Shown in pieces: positions 19,865-29,215 of a stretch of 55,954 nt of DNA. The position numbers and the translations under genes are program-made. The stretch is from a virus (lineage: Duplodnaviria; Caudoviricetes), in IMG/VR virus record IMGVR_UViG_3300032261_000007, positions 1 through 55,954 of that record. One strand, 5' to 3'. Each line of letters opens with the position of its first letter. Positions within the stretch are counted from its first letter, which is position 1. A model generated the notes under the pieces. The model was given only the letters and a program-made list of their open reading frames with translations, was not told the DNA's origin and did no database searches.

Positions 19865-20163
19865 GCGGCGGCATCCGTGAACTTGGTTGACGTGATGACA
19901 AACAAACTGTCAGCGACGGCATCGATATTGCCGCTGCCTTCCCACCGATAGAACCAGACGCCCGCCAGCAAACAGACGATGCCGAAACTGAAACTCCCGA
20001 CTGCCGGATGCACGAAATTCTGCGTGATGATCTGTTCGGTATTGCTTGGATCGAGCACGCGCAGCTTGACCGTAGTCGGATCAACCGGCGCTGGCGGCGT
20101 CTGCGTCGGATCGGTAAACGCGACCGATAGCGTCACTGGCGAGCCGTAATCGTACAAGTTCAT
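19861..20163 (-). CDS. Small Ig-like virion protein
   Basis: VTLSVAF..VDPTTVKLRVLDP..G.W.YRWEGSG. Confidence 0.55.
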   Translation of the reverse strand: MNLYDYGSPVTLSVAFTDPTQTPPAPVDPTTVKLRVLDPSNTEQIITQNFVHPAVGSFSFGIVCLLAGVWFYRWEGSGNIDAVADSLFVITSTKFTDAAA

Positions 20164-23100
20164 GCGTCGCTCACTTCTGCTTCGCCGCCCACCGCATCGC
20201 CCGGAATTGCCTTGCTGCCCGGCGCATCGCCAACCGTTGCCAATTTTGCCGCGCTATCGGCGATGACAGGCGCATCAGTCACCCGATCGCTCGCCATCGC
20301 GATATAAGTGGCGCGATCACTGACAACCGCGATGCCTTTGGGCGCGCTCGGCCGGTTGACGAAGAGACCGGCAATGCTTTGCCAGATTGCGGTCAGGCGA
20401 CCAATCAGACCGGCAATCCCCACCATCTGACCGGCGCGCAACGCGGCGCGAGCCGTCAACATGCCGCGCAGGAATATGGTCGCGATATTGCGCGACGATT
20501 GGCTGGTCATCGCCACAAACGTGCGGCCCGCCAATGCGGCGCGGCCGACCACACTGCTTCGTGACTGCAACGCAGCGGTCAGCGTTGCAGTAAGCGCGGC
20601 TTTACCGACCAAAACCGCACGCCCGCGCGACTGCACGACCGTCAGCGCGCGCAGGAACAGATAATCGACGAAGATGCCGGACGATTTGACGGCGGCCGTC
20701 ATCCGCGCCGCCAGCGCCGCCCGCCCGATCAGAAACGACGCCGCCATGTTCTGTGCGGCGGTTCGAGCCGCCAGCGCGGCAGTCAGCGCCGGGATGATCG
20801 CTCGTGATCGGGTTTGCGCGGCAAGCTGCCCGGTCAAGAAAATGAAGATCGCCGCAACGATCCCGCCGCGACCTGCCGATGCCGCGGTCATCCGCGCCTG
20901 CAACGGCACCGATCCGACCAGCGCGGCTGCGCCTTTGACCGACGCTGCCATCCGCGCCGCAAGAGCCGCAATCTCGCCGGTAACCGCCCGCGCTTTGGCC
21001 TGTGCCGTCAGCGCGCCATGCAAAGCCGCGGCACCAACCAACGCCGCCCGGCTGTAGGTTTGGGCCGCGATCCTGGCCGCCAAAGCGGCCGACCCGACCA
21101 ATACCGCCCGGTTTTGCACCGTGGCCGCCGTGCGGGCGCTTAAGCTCGCCACAGCCTTGATCGCTGCCCGCGCACCGGCCTGCGCCTGCAGCACTGCCGC
21201 CAGCGCAACCGCCAGTGAAGAGGCAATGAGGCCGCGGCCAGCACTCGCCGCGGTAAGCCGGGCCGCCAAGGCAGCCGCCCCGATTACCGCCGCCCGGCTG
21301 CGGGCTTGCGCAGTGGTCCGGGCGATCAAGTTGGCGGTAGCGGTGGCGGCACCGCGCGCCGACATGATAGCAGCAGCGCGAGCCATCAGCGGCACCGCGC
21401 CCGTTGCCAGCGCCCGTGCCTGCGTTTGGGCTCTTAGCACCGCGCTCAGCGCCAGTGCCGCCGCCTGGAATAATGCGCCGTGTGCGGCGGTAGCGGTAGT
21501 GCCTCGTGCCGCCAGCCCGACCGCGCCAGTCAGATTAGTCCGGCTGGTAACGGCAGCGGCAATCCGGCCCCAAAAATTGAACTTGACCGCCGCTATGAGC
21601 CCGCTGGTCTGGACGACAAGTCTGCCCGCCAGCGGCAAAGCGAAGCCGACAAGCCCGCGCGAGGTCGTGACAGCGCTTATACGCGCCGCCAGAATGACGT
21701 TGCCGAGCACCGTGGCGCGATTTTTTACCGCCGCGGTAGTTCGGCCCGCCAAGACTGCCGCCGCCGTAAGACCGGCGTTGCCCTGCGCGCGCATGCTGGC
21801 GGTTGCGCGAAGCAACAAGCCAACACCAGCACGAGCACTGGCAGCGGTCGCCGCCCGGGCCGCCAATATCACCGACCCGGCCAGCGTGCTGCGCGCGGTG
21901 GCTTCGGCAGTGAGCCGAGCGGTGAGGGGAACCGCACCCGTCACCACCGCACGCGCCGACGACAGCGCCTTGAGTGCGGCAGCGAGATACAAGAGCGCTG
22001 CAGTCGAAACCGTACTGCGACCGGCTGCCGCCGCGATCGTGCGCCCGACCAGCGGCACCACGCCGCTGAATCGCGATCGGGCGCTGGCCAGCGCCGTCAA
22101 TGTAGCCGTGATCGGCACCGTGCCGACGAGCGCTGACCGGGCAACCGCTTGCGCCTTGGTTGCCGCGGTCAAAGCCGCTCGACCGACAGCCGAAGCTCGT
22201 GCTGTCGCGGCGCTTGCACCGCGCGCTGCCAGCCCCATCGTGGCGGCAGCGCGTGCGACGGCTTGGAACTTGGCCGTCGCCGCTAACGCTGCCCGGCCGA
22301 TCATGGCCGCCCGCGAGACGGCATTAACGACCGAACGGGCCGCCAACGCCGCCCGGCCGGTCAACGTGGCCGTCGTATAGCCAAGCTCAGCGAAGGCACG
22401 ACCGGCAAGCGCCGCCCGCGCGGTCATCGCCGCCGTCGTGTAACCAAGTTCGGCGAACAACCGGCCTGCCAACGCGACCGCTTGCGCCTGCTTTTGCGAG
22501 AACGTGGTGATCGGCAGCGCGGTGAGCGTCTGCGCCGCGATCGTGCCGAAATAGACCGGCAGTTTGTAGACCGTCGAGATCGCTGAATTGGTCCAGCCGA
22601 CCTCGCACATCGTGTTGCCTTGCAACGCCGCTCTGGCGGTGAGCGGGGCCAAGGTGTAGCCGACTTCGCTAGTGGCTCGACCGGCGAGAATCGGGAATTG
22701 CGTAAACGCGGTCGGCGTGATGACAGCGGTGTTGATGCGGAAAAAGACGTTGTCGCCGTTCGAACCGCCGATAGTGGTTTCCTGCCACTCCAACTGAAAG
22801 AACAGATATTCGTACATCAACGTGATCGCGCCGGGCGTCCACGTTGTCGTACCCATGCCATTGACGTCAGTGGTGGTCGATAGCGTGACCGCGCTGCCGA
22901 CCAACGAGCCTGATGTCAGTTCGCGGGCGGATGTGCCGTTGGCGTTCTTCGACGCCCACACCCGCAAATTCAAATGGCCGATGCAGCCCGCTGTCGAGGC
23001 ACGAAGATTAAGCCCGAGCGTCCAAGCGCCAGCGAGAAAACTGCCGTTGTACGCGGTCGGCGAGATAAACGAATCGCCCGCTGTCGTCGCGCCCGAGCCA

Positions 23101-23333
23101 GTGCCTGCGGTCGGACGAGTCTTAGCGGATATGAATGATGTGGATGCGCCGGTCGCAATCGATGCCGCCGTCGCACCTAAAAACGCTTGATAGTAATTGA
23201 CCGGTAGTTTGTTGACCTGCCAGCCGAACGCCGTGTTACCCGCCGTCGGCGCAGTGCCACCGTCCTGCAACTGCCCGAACCAGCCGGGCGAAACCGCAGC
23301 CGAGCCGAGAATATAAAACGGCCCGCCCGCCAT
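20160..23333 (-). CDS. Large Ala-rich repeat protein (putative virion filament/decoration)
   Basis: 1057 aa; ~210-aa globular N-terminus then ~22-aa repeats (AALAARxxAxxxxRAxxxG). Confidence 0.7.
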   Translation of the reverse strand: MAGGPFYILGSAAVSPGWFGQLQDGGTAPTAGNTAFGWQVNKLPVNYYQAFLGATAASIATGASTSFISAKTRPTAGTGSGATTAGDSFISPTAYNGSFLAGAWTLGLNLRASTAGCIGHLNLRVWASKNANGTSARELTSGSLVGSAVTLSTTTDVNGMGTTTWTPGAITLMYEYLFFQLEWQETTIGGSNGDNVFFRINTAVITPTAFTQFPILAGRATSEVGYTLAPLTARAALQGNTMCEVGWTNSAISTVYKLPVYFGTIAAQTLTALPITTFSQKQAQAVALAGRLFAELGYTTAAMTARAALAGRAFAELGYTTATLTGRAALAARSVVNAVSRAAMIGRAALAATAKFQAVARAAATMGLAARGASAATARASAVGRAALTAATKAQAVARSALVGTVPITATLTALASARSRFSGVVPLVGRTIAAAAGRSTVSTAALLYLAAALKALSSARAVVTGAVPLTARLTAEATARSTLAGSVILAARAATAASARAGVGLLLRATASMRAQGNAGLTAAAVLAGRTTAAVKNRATVLGNVILAARISAVTTSRGLVGFALPLAGRLVVQTSGLIAAVKFNFWGRIAAAVTSRTNLTGAVGLAARGTTATAAHGALFQAAALALSAVLRAQTQARALATGAVPLMARAAAIMSARGAATATANLIARTTAQARSRAAVIGAAALAARLTAASAGRGLIASSLAVALAAVLQAQAGARAAIKAVASLSARTAATVQNRAVLVGSAALAARIAAQTYSRAALVGAAALHGALTAQAKARAVTGEIAALAARMAASVKGAAALVGSVPLQARMTAASAGRGGIVAAIFIFLTGQLAAQTRSRAIIPALTAALAARTAAQNMAASFLIGRAALAARMTAAVKSSGIFVDYLFLRALTVVQSRGRAVLVGKAALTATLTAALQSRSSVVGRAALAGRTFVAMTSQSSRNIATIFLRGMLTARAALRAGQMVGIAGLIGRLTAIWQSIAGLFVNRPSAPKGIAVVSDRATYIAMASDRVTDAPVIADSAAKLATVGDAPGSKAIPGDAVGGEAEVSDA

Positions 23334-23626
23334 CAGTCATCGACCCACGCAAACGTATAAGTGCAGCCGGGTTTATCGGCAATGTTGGACGGGTCTTGAG
23401 GCCACAGCGCGCACGCGCTCAGATAATAAGAATTTTCCTGACCGGACGGCACCGCGCCGGTATGACCGGCGCAAAAGCCGTTGCCGTTCGGATCGCCCAT
23501 ATGCCATTCGAACAGCGGGCAATAACCTTCGACAACAGCGGGGCGCGGTCTGTTCTCGTCAGTGAACGGATCGCCGACGCAACATTGCCCACAGCGGCAG
23601 CAATAGCCGGAACGGACCCATGACAT
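23333..23626 (-). CDS. Cys-rich CxxCxxCC (YkgJ-like) metal-binding protein
   Basis: CCRCGQCC..CP..C..C..P..C pattern. Confidence 0.6.
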   Translation of the reverse strand: MSWVRSGYCCRCGQCCVGDPFTDENRPRPAVVEGYCPLFEWHMGDPNGNGFCAGHTGAVPSGQENSYYLSACALWPQDPSNIADKPGCTYTFAWVDD

Positions 23627-23635
23627 GGTGATCCC

Positions 23636-24262
23636 TTAGAACGTGCCGCCATCGGATGTGATCAGATTTCGGAAATTGGTGCCGTCGAACGCGATATGCG
23701 CCACGCATTGCGGATCAAGCGTCATGTTGGCGGCACCGTCGATGGTCCCGCTCGCAGGTGTGAACGTCACCAGTCCGGTCGTTAACGCATTCGTATAGTG
23801 GCAGTGCCAGCCGTAACCGATTGCGCCCGCCGTCGATAACGTGACGGCGCATGACGCCGCCGTGGTGAACACAATCCAACCGTCAAGATCGGCGATCACC
23901 GTGGTGTAGGTCGTGCCGGTGACGGTGGTCGGGTTAACAAAACTGTCGAAAGCGTCCTCGACCGAATAGATCAAACCGACTTGCGGCGCGGCGCTGAAAT
24001 TGACCTTGGCATTGGCGGCAGAGGACAATCGGATCGTGGTGCGCGCCAGAACTGGCCCGGTGGTGTTGTAAGCGCCTTCGCCGTATTCCCACTGCGACAG
24101 ATCGGCAGACTGCGCGCGATAACGATAGGTGATGCCGTTGACCGCACCCGCGCTCGCTGGCGTCAGAAAGCCTTGCACCGCCGCCGACACCGTCCAGTCG
24201 GTAAGCGCGCCCGCCGTCGGGACGAACAGCACCGAATCCAGATAGCCGTAGTTCGTTGCCAC
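23636..24262 (-). CDS. Virion fibre/decoration protein
   Basis: GTG start at 24262 just after the upstream stop; QWEYGEG..LARTTI..SS..VNF motif; C-terminal domain similar to 1356..1796. Confidence 0.6.
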   Translation of the reverse strand: MATNYGYLDSVLFVPTAGALTDWTVSAAVQGFLTPASAGAVNGITYRYRAQSADLSQWEYGEGAYNTTGPVLARTTIRLSSAANAKVNFSAAPQVGLIYSVEDAFDSFVNPTTVTGTTYTTVIADLDGWIVFTTAASCAVTLSTAGAIGYGWHCHYTNALTTGLVTFTPASGTIDGAANMTLDPQCVAHIAFDGTNFRNLITSDGGTF

Positions 24263-24264
24263 AT

Positions 24265-25149
24265 TTACGCCTGCGACAGAATAAGCTGACCGGCCGAGAA
24301 CGATGCGGTGACGTTGGCGGCGATCGCCTGCTGCACGATCTGGCGGAAGTTGCCGCCGCCGGTCGATGTGGTGTTGACGCCGAGATTGAACGTGACACCG
24401 GATGGTGATGCCGATGTCAGCACGCCAGCCCACGTGCCGCCCGTGGTCGGCAAGGTCGCGCCGTATTTCGCCGTCACCACGCACGGCGTCGCGGCAGCCG
24501 GAACGTCAGCAGCAAGATCGGTCGATAACACGCCCGGCGTTGCCGACGTGCAAGTAAACGGAATCCATTTGAAGTTGCCGAGATAATCCCATGCGATCAT
24601 ATTGCCCGCAGTGACCGCATCATAAAGCGCCCACGACGTCACCGTGCCCCACGAGCCACCGGCTTGCGCAAACGTCACTGCCGCGCCGCTGGTCGAAGCC
24701 GCTGGCACCGTCGCCGGTTCGTTGCCGGACGAAGCAACAGCAGCGGGCCATGCCGAGAATTGTAACTGATCGGTCGAGCCGTTCGATGCAACGGCAGCGT
24801 TCGCGGTCAGAACCAACGCAGTGCCGGTATAGGTCGAGACGGTGCCAACCTGTGCGCCGCCCGCAATGGTGTTGTCCCAAACATTCATGCCCGGCACGAC
24901 CCAACCGGGATTGGTCGCCGCCGTGATGTTGGGCGTCGATGTCGTCCACGTCGCGGTCGCGGCGACCTGTCCCGAGACTTGCACGCGAGCATAACCCGTG
25001 CCACTGGCCTCGGTGCCGCCAGTACCGGCATCAGACGTTGGCGCAGTGACAAATAAGGCTAGGAAACGATTGACGAGCGCTGGCATTGCGCGGCGGCCCG
25101 CCATCCAATCGAGCGTCGCTTGTGCTGCATAGTCGGCTTGACCTGACAT
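24265..25149 (-). CDS. Virion structural protein (fibre-family)
   Basis: LALF..P..DAGTGGTE.SG.GYAR and WGTVT...YDA.TAGN motifs common in phage structural genes. Confidence 0.65.
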   Translation of the reverse strand: MSGQADYAAQATLDWMAGRRAMPALVNRFLALFVTAPTSDAGTGGTEASGTGYARVQVSGQVAATATWTTSTPNITAATNPGWVVPGMNVWDNTIAGGAQVGTVSTYTGTALVLTANAAVASNGSTDQLQFSAWPAAVASSGNEPATVPAASTSGAAVTFAQAGGSWGTVTSWALYDAVTAGNMIAWDYLGNFKWIPFTCTSATPGVLSTDLAADVPAAATPCVVTAKYGATLPTTGGTWAGVLTSASPSGVTFNLGVNTTSTGGGNFRQIVQQAIAANVTASFSAGQLILSQA

Positions 25150-25161
25150 GCTGGTGATCCT

Positions 25162-25443
25162 TTAGGGTTTGGAGTCGCCGCGCACGACAGCTTCAGGCAC
25201 TTCGACAGCACCTTCGATCTTGCCGTACTTGTCGGCACAGTCCTGACAGAGATAAAAAACGTGCTCGGCCCATTCCGGCGAGACCAGCCCGCCATCGCAG
25301 GCGCAGTTGGCGCAATAGACCCGTTCCATGAACAGGCGACCGACCGGCGTCAGCGCTTCGGTCTGCTTGTTGGCGCGATCGAACTTGAGCCGCGAATCCG
25401 GTAAGCCCTGCTCGAACTCGCGATTCCACGACAACCGCGTCAT
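25162..25443 (-). CDS. Small Zn-finger-like protein
   Basis: CANC...CQDC. Confidence 0.6.
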   Translation of the reverse strand: MTRLSWNREFEQGLPDSRLKFDRANKQTEALTPVGRLFMERVYCANCACDGGLVSPEWAEHVFYLCQDCADKYGKIEGAVEVPEAVVRGDSKP

Positions 25444-25931
25444 ACGCCTTCACCGAACTCGACCGAAAGCTCGATCGGGATCGTGGTGCCGGTAGCAATG
25501 GTGGTGATCTCCATGTCGATCGGCTGCGTGCCGCCCGACATCAGCTTGAACCGATTATCCGGCTCGGTGCCAACCCAACCGCCCATGCCGCCGGTTTGCG
25601 CAAAGCCGACCGACAGCCGCTGCACCAAGGTGGTGCCCGCTACGATGCCGGTGGAATCGACAACCCATTGCGATTGCTGCGCCAGCACACTGCCGAGCCG
25701 CATGTTCTTCGCGGTGATGGTAGCGACGCCGCCGCCGCTATAGATGGTGCCGGTATTGTGCTTGACGCGCATGCACGCGCCGCCCGCCGTTCCCGACCGC
25801 GCCGCCACATAGCACGCCGCCAACGATACCGTTTCCTGATTGGTGATCGTATGCGCCGCAATGTGCGTCGATTCGGTAGCAGCCGTGCCGTTAGTTTGCG
25901 TGACCCGGTTCAAGTCATAATAGAACGGCAT
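25440..25931 (-). CDS. Virion protein, paralog B
   Basis: 163 aa, colinear with 25934..26425. Confidence 0.7.
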   Translation of the reverse strand: MPFYYDLNRVTQTNGTAATESTHIAAHTITNQETVSLAACYVAARSGTAGGACMRVKHNTGTIYSGGGVATITAKNMRLGSVLAQQSQWVVDSTGIVAGTTLVQRLSVGFAQTGGMGGWVGTEPDNRFKLMSGGTQPIDMEITTIATGTTIPIELSVEFGEGV

Positions 25932-25933
25932 GT

Positions 25934-26425
25934 TCAGATGCCTTCGCCAAATTCAGCGGTCAATTCCAGCGGCAGCGTCGTGCCCGCGGCGATCGATGTG
26001 AACTCGGTATCGATCGGATTGACGCCGTTCGGCTGCATGATGATGCGATTGGTGATCTCGGTTGCTTGCCAGCCGCCCGAGCCGCCGGTCTGCGCAAAGC
26101 CAAACGACAAGCGTTGCGTCAGCGCGGTGCCCGCAGTGATCGCCACCGAGTCGTTCGTCCAATTCGACAGCGCAGGCATGACTGCGCCGAGCCGCATATT
26201 GCGGGCTTGCGGCGTTTGCGCGGTGCCACCGGCATAGATCGTGCCGGTATTGGTCTTGACCCGGACCGCACCGCCGCCTGCGGTCGCGCCGCGACCAGCG
26301 GCATAGAGCGCGGTGATCGACAGCGTCTCTTGGTTCGCCGTCGTGTGCGCGGTGAGATGCGTGACTTCGGTGCCACCGACCGAGCCGGTCGCGGTGACGC
26401 GGTTGATGTCGTAATAAAAAGCCAA
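25934..26425 (-). CDS. Virion protein, paralog A
   Basis: 163 aa, colinear with 25440..25931. Confidence 0.7.
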   Translation of the reverse strand: MAFYYDINRVTATGSVGGTEVTHLTAHTTANQETLSITALYAAGRGATAGGGAVRVKTNTGTIYAGGTAQTPQARNMRLGAVMPALSNWTNDSVAITAGTALTQRLSFGFAQTGGSGGWQATEITNRIIMQPNGVNPIDTEFTSIAAGTTLPLELTAEFGEGI

Positions 26426-26436
26426 GGCGATCTCTC

Positions 26437-26853
26437 CTATTGCGTGACGCCCGACGTATCGAGATCAACTTCCAGCGTGGTGCCCGCATAGGTGCCGACC
26501 GTGGTCAGCTTGGTGCGCCATTGCGAGCCGACGATACCGTCATTGACGGTGCCCGCCGCCAGCGTGCCATCAGTCGCCGCTGCCGCGGTGGTCTTCGGCG
26601 TCAGCGAACTGACGTTGAACAGTGTGCGCAGATTGACCAGCGCAATCGCAATCGCGGCAACATCGCACCACGTCTTGCCGCCATCGAACGACGTTTGCAG
26701 CCACACCGTGCCCGACGTGCCGCCCGAGCCGTAAGTGAAATTGACCTGCACGCCGACATTGGTCGGCACGCCGACCGGCGATCGGATTTGCAGCACCGGC
26801 CCGACTTGCGCGGTGACCGCCGTGGTGATCGGCGTTGACAGCAGCGCGGGCAT
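26437..26853 (-). CDS. Beta-sandwich virion protein
   Basis: Thr/Gly-rich; VWLQTSFDGGKTW.D motif. Confidence 0.6.
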   Translation of the reverse strand: MPALLSTPITTAVTAQVGPVLQIRSPVGVPTNVGVQVNFTYGSGGTSGTVWLQTSFDGGKTWCDVAAIAIALVNLRTLFNVSSLTPKTTAAAATDGTLAAGTVNDGIVGSQWRTKLTTVGTYAGTTLEVDLDTSGVTQ

Positions 26854-27270
26854 TTATTTGGTCCGCCACGTGCCAGCGCTGAAACAATAGAAAATCGTGA
26901 CGCCACTCGCGACCGTCAACGAATACGCGGCGTTCTGGCCGAGCGCGTTGATCTTGTCGCCGCCCGACGCGCCGCCCTGAGCCGCCGACGACGGCCAGAT
27001 ATTGGCGGCATTAGTCGTGGCATCGTTGGTGATGACGATTGACGCGCCAGCGATAGCCGGTGGCAATCGCAAACTGTCGCCCGCAGTGCCGACCGTAGTG
27101 ATGCGGTTCTGTGAATTGTTGACCAGTTGCGCGCCCGCCTGCGTGTTGTTCGGCGACGCCGATGCAGTGATGTTGTCGAGCGACGAGCCGTAGAACTGGC
27201 CGCCCTGCGATTGATATTGCGTCGAGACAATGGTCTTACCCTTGGCCCGATCAACAAAGCCTGTCGGCAT
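26854..27270 (-). CDS. Putative capsid decoration protein
   Basis: SD AGGAAAGG; ITTVGTAGDSLRLP..INAL; second gene after MCP. Confidence 0.55.
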   Translation of the reverse strand: MPTGFVDRAKGKTIVSTQYQSQGGQFYGSSLDNITASASPNNTQAGAQLVNNSQNRITTVGTAGDSLRLPPAIAGASIVITNDATTNAANIWPSSAAQGGASGGDKINALGQNAAYSLTVASGVTIFYCFSAGTWRTK

Positions 27271-27285
27271 GATCGTAATCCTTTC

Positions 27286-27618
27286 CTATTTGACCCGCGC
27301 CAGCGTTTCCGCTGCCTCGCGGGTCAGCGGCTCGTCGTTGAGCCGATGTCCTTCGATGACGTTGAACTGACCTTTGCCGACCGCAACGATAAAACGATCG
27401 CCGGGCGCAGGCGCAGCCTCGCGGCGCACCACTTCGGTGCGGGTCGGATAGACTTCGATATAGCCAGCACTCGACAGCGCGCGCCGATTGGCCAGCGGGA
27501 TCGAGCGGACTTCGTCGGCGGACAGATGCTCGCCAGCCTTCATGCGCACATTGCCGCGCGTGAAGCCCATGCGAATGCGTGCACCGCCGATATCGTGCTC
27601 GGCAATTTCCAAAGGCAT
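27286..27618 (-). CDS. Hypothetical protein after major capsid
   Basis: 110-aa ORF colinear with the operon. Confidence 0.55.
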   Translation of the reverse strand: MPLEIAEHDIGGARIRMGFTRGNVRMKAGEHLSADEVRSIPLANRRALSSAGYIEVYPTRTEVVRREAAPAPGDRFIVAVGKGQFNVIEGHRLNDEPLTREAAETLARVK

Positions 27619-27739
27619 GATTGTGAGTCCCTAGAGAAGCGGGAACGGCGAGGGTCGGGGGGTGGTCAGAGGGGGATCAGACCATGACTGGCTCGCCGCC
27701 CATCAATACAGCAGCGACGGGGTGACGGGAATTTGATCG

Positions 27740-28759
27740 CTACTGCACGATTCCGCTGAAGTGGTAGCCAAGATCGGCACCGATCACGAGCATATCGAAC
27801 GCCATCTCGCCTTCGGTCCGTATCGTTTCCAGACCAAGCCACGGCATCGGGATTTGCGCGACCCGAATGCCCATGGTGTTGATGCCGGTAAAACCGGACC
27901 ACGGGAAGATATAGCCCGCCGACGGCACCATGATCCCCGGCTCCGGTGCCGCGTGAACAAACAACGCATCCTTGGAAGCGACGAAAGAATACGTTGGCGT
28001 TGCCACTGAACCCGCACCGCCGACTGCTTGCTCTGGCGTGGTGTTGTAGACCGCTTTCGAAACCACGAGCTTCTCGATGTCGAAGCTCGCCGCCAGAAGC
28101 TCGGGCGTGATCTTCGAGGCATCGGCCCGGGTCGTATACTTGATGCGGTCCACGACCAACGGGTGCTTGCGTAAACCCTGATAGACCGGGAAAGCGAGCA
28201 GCCCGCAGTTCAGTTCGAAGCCGGTGTTCTGCAGGATGGTGGTCTGCGCCGTGGCGATGTCGGTGTACGGGTCGCCGTTGGCGTCGTCGTTCCAGAACGG
28301 CGGTGCGCCCGATCCCGGCGTGCCGCCCGCGGTGCCAGTGACATCAGTGCCCCACACACCGTTAGTCAGAAACTTCTGCATGAAGATGCGGTCGCGTTTG
28401 ATCAGCAGCTTTTGCATGCAGAAGCGTGTGGTTGAGACGTCCATATTGACGGCAGGATCGGCGTTGCGCCGGGTCTGCGCGCCAAGGTCTTTGTGGTATG
28501 CCCACACGTTCGCCGAATAGCTGTTAGTTGACAGATTGAAGCCGCCGCCAACTGATTCGGCCACGTCGGCGCGCTCTTGCGCCTCGTCGCGGTAGAAGTC
28601 ATCTTTCGAAAACATGAAATATTTATCAGTTTGATGCTCTACCGGGACGTTGGCGAACACTTGGTCCGCAACGTAGTGGGTTTGATCCTGAATGTAGGCT
28701 GTTGCGATCTGCGTCAGAGCAGCCTGCACATGGACCTGCTGTAAAAAGGGCTGTGGCAT
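27740..28759 (-). CDS. Major capsid protein
   Basis: 339 aa after scaffold and cement genes; HV..ALT.IA.AY.Q..ADQVF..VPV start and LRKHP motif; strong SD. Confidence 0.85.
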   Translation of the reverse strand: MPQPFLQQVHVQAALTQIATAYIQDQTHYVADQVFANVPVEHQTDKYFMFSKDDFYRDEAQERADVAESVGGGFNLSTNSYSANVWAYHKDLGAQTRRNADPAVNMDVSTTRFCMQKLLIKRDRIFMQKFLTNGVWGTDVTGTAGGTPGSGAPPFWNDDANGDPYTDIATAQTTILQNTGFELNCGLLAFPVYQGLRKHPLVVDRIKYTTRADASKITPELLAASFDIEKLVVSKAVYNTTPEQAVGGAGSVATPTYSFVASKDALFVHAAPEPGIMVPSAGYIFPWSGFTGINTMGIRVAQIPMPWLGLETIRTEGEMAFDMLVIGADLGYHFSGIVQ

Positions 28760-28786
28760 TGGGATGATCCTTTCTGTGCTGCTGCG

Positions 28787-29188
28787 TCAGCCGTTTGGCG
28801 TATAGACCAGCATGTCGATCATGGCGTTCGCGCCAGCCGCCGACTCAAGCGCCATTCCGACCTTGCGACCGGACGAAAACGTAATCGCTCTGCCGTTAGT
28901 ATCGGACTGCAACTCCTGACCGGCGGTTACCGCCGCGCCAACGACAACCTTGGTGATGCCGTTGATCGCAACGTCACAGGCTTGACCTTGCGCTGGCGCG
29001 TTTTGCAACACGCCGTAACTCACGGCACCCGCCACGGTCTGCAAAGTCAGAGTGCGCGGACCTGACAGATACACAATGAGAAACTGACCCGAGCCTTGCG
29101 GGCCGTAGAGCGGTGAAGCCGGATTCCAGTAGTTGGCTGCTGCCTGACACTGTGCACCGTCCTTCATCAATGGGGCTTCTGTCGTCAT
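28787..29188 (-). CDS. Capsid cement protein (DUF2190-like)
   Basis: GVLQN.P..GITKVVVGAAVTAG..SD.NGRA..G.ALE.A. Confidence 0.78.
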   Translation of the reverse strand: MTTEAPLMKDGAQCQAAANYWNPASPLYGPQGSGQFLIVYLSGPRTLTLQTVAGAVSYGVLQNAPAQGQACDVAINGITKVVVGAAVTAGQELQSDTNGRAITFSSGRKVGMALESAAGANAMIDMLVYTPNG

Positions 29189-29215
29189 GACAATGATCCT
29201 TTCCTGACGGTGCGC

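Noticed and set aside
21121-22380. 419-aa plus-strand ORF and other long antisense ORFs over structural genes
   Set aside because: Mirror frames of GC-rich minus-strand genes; no SD or recognisable motifs.
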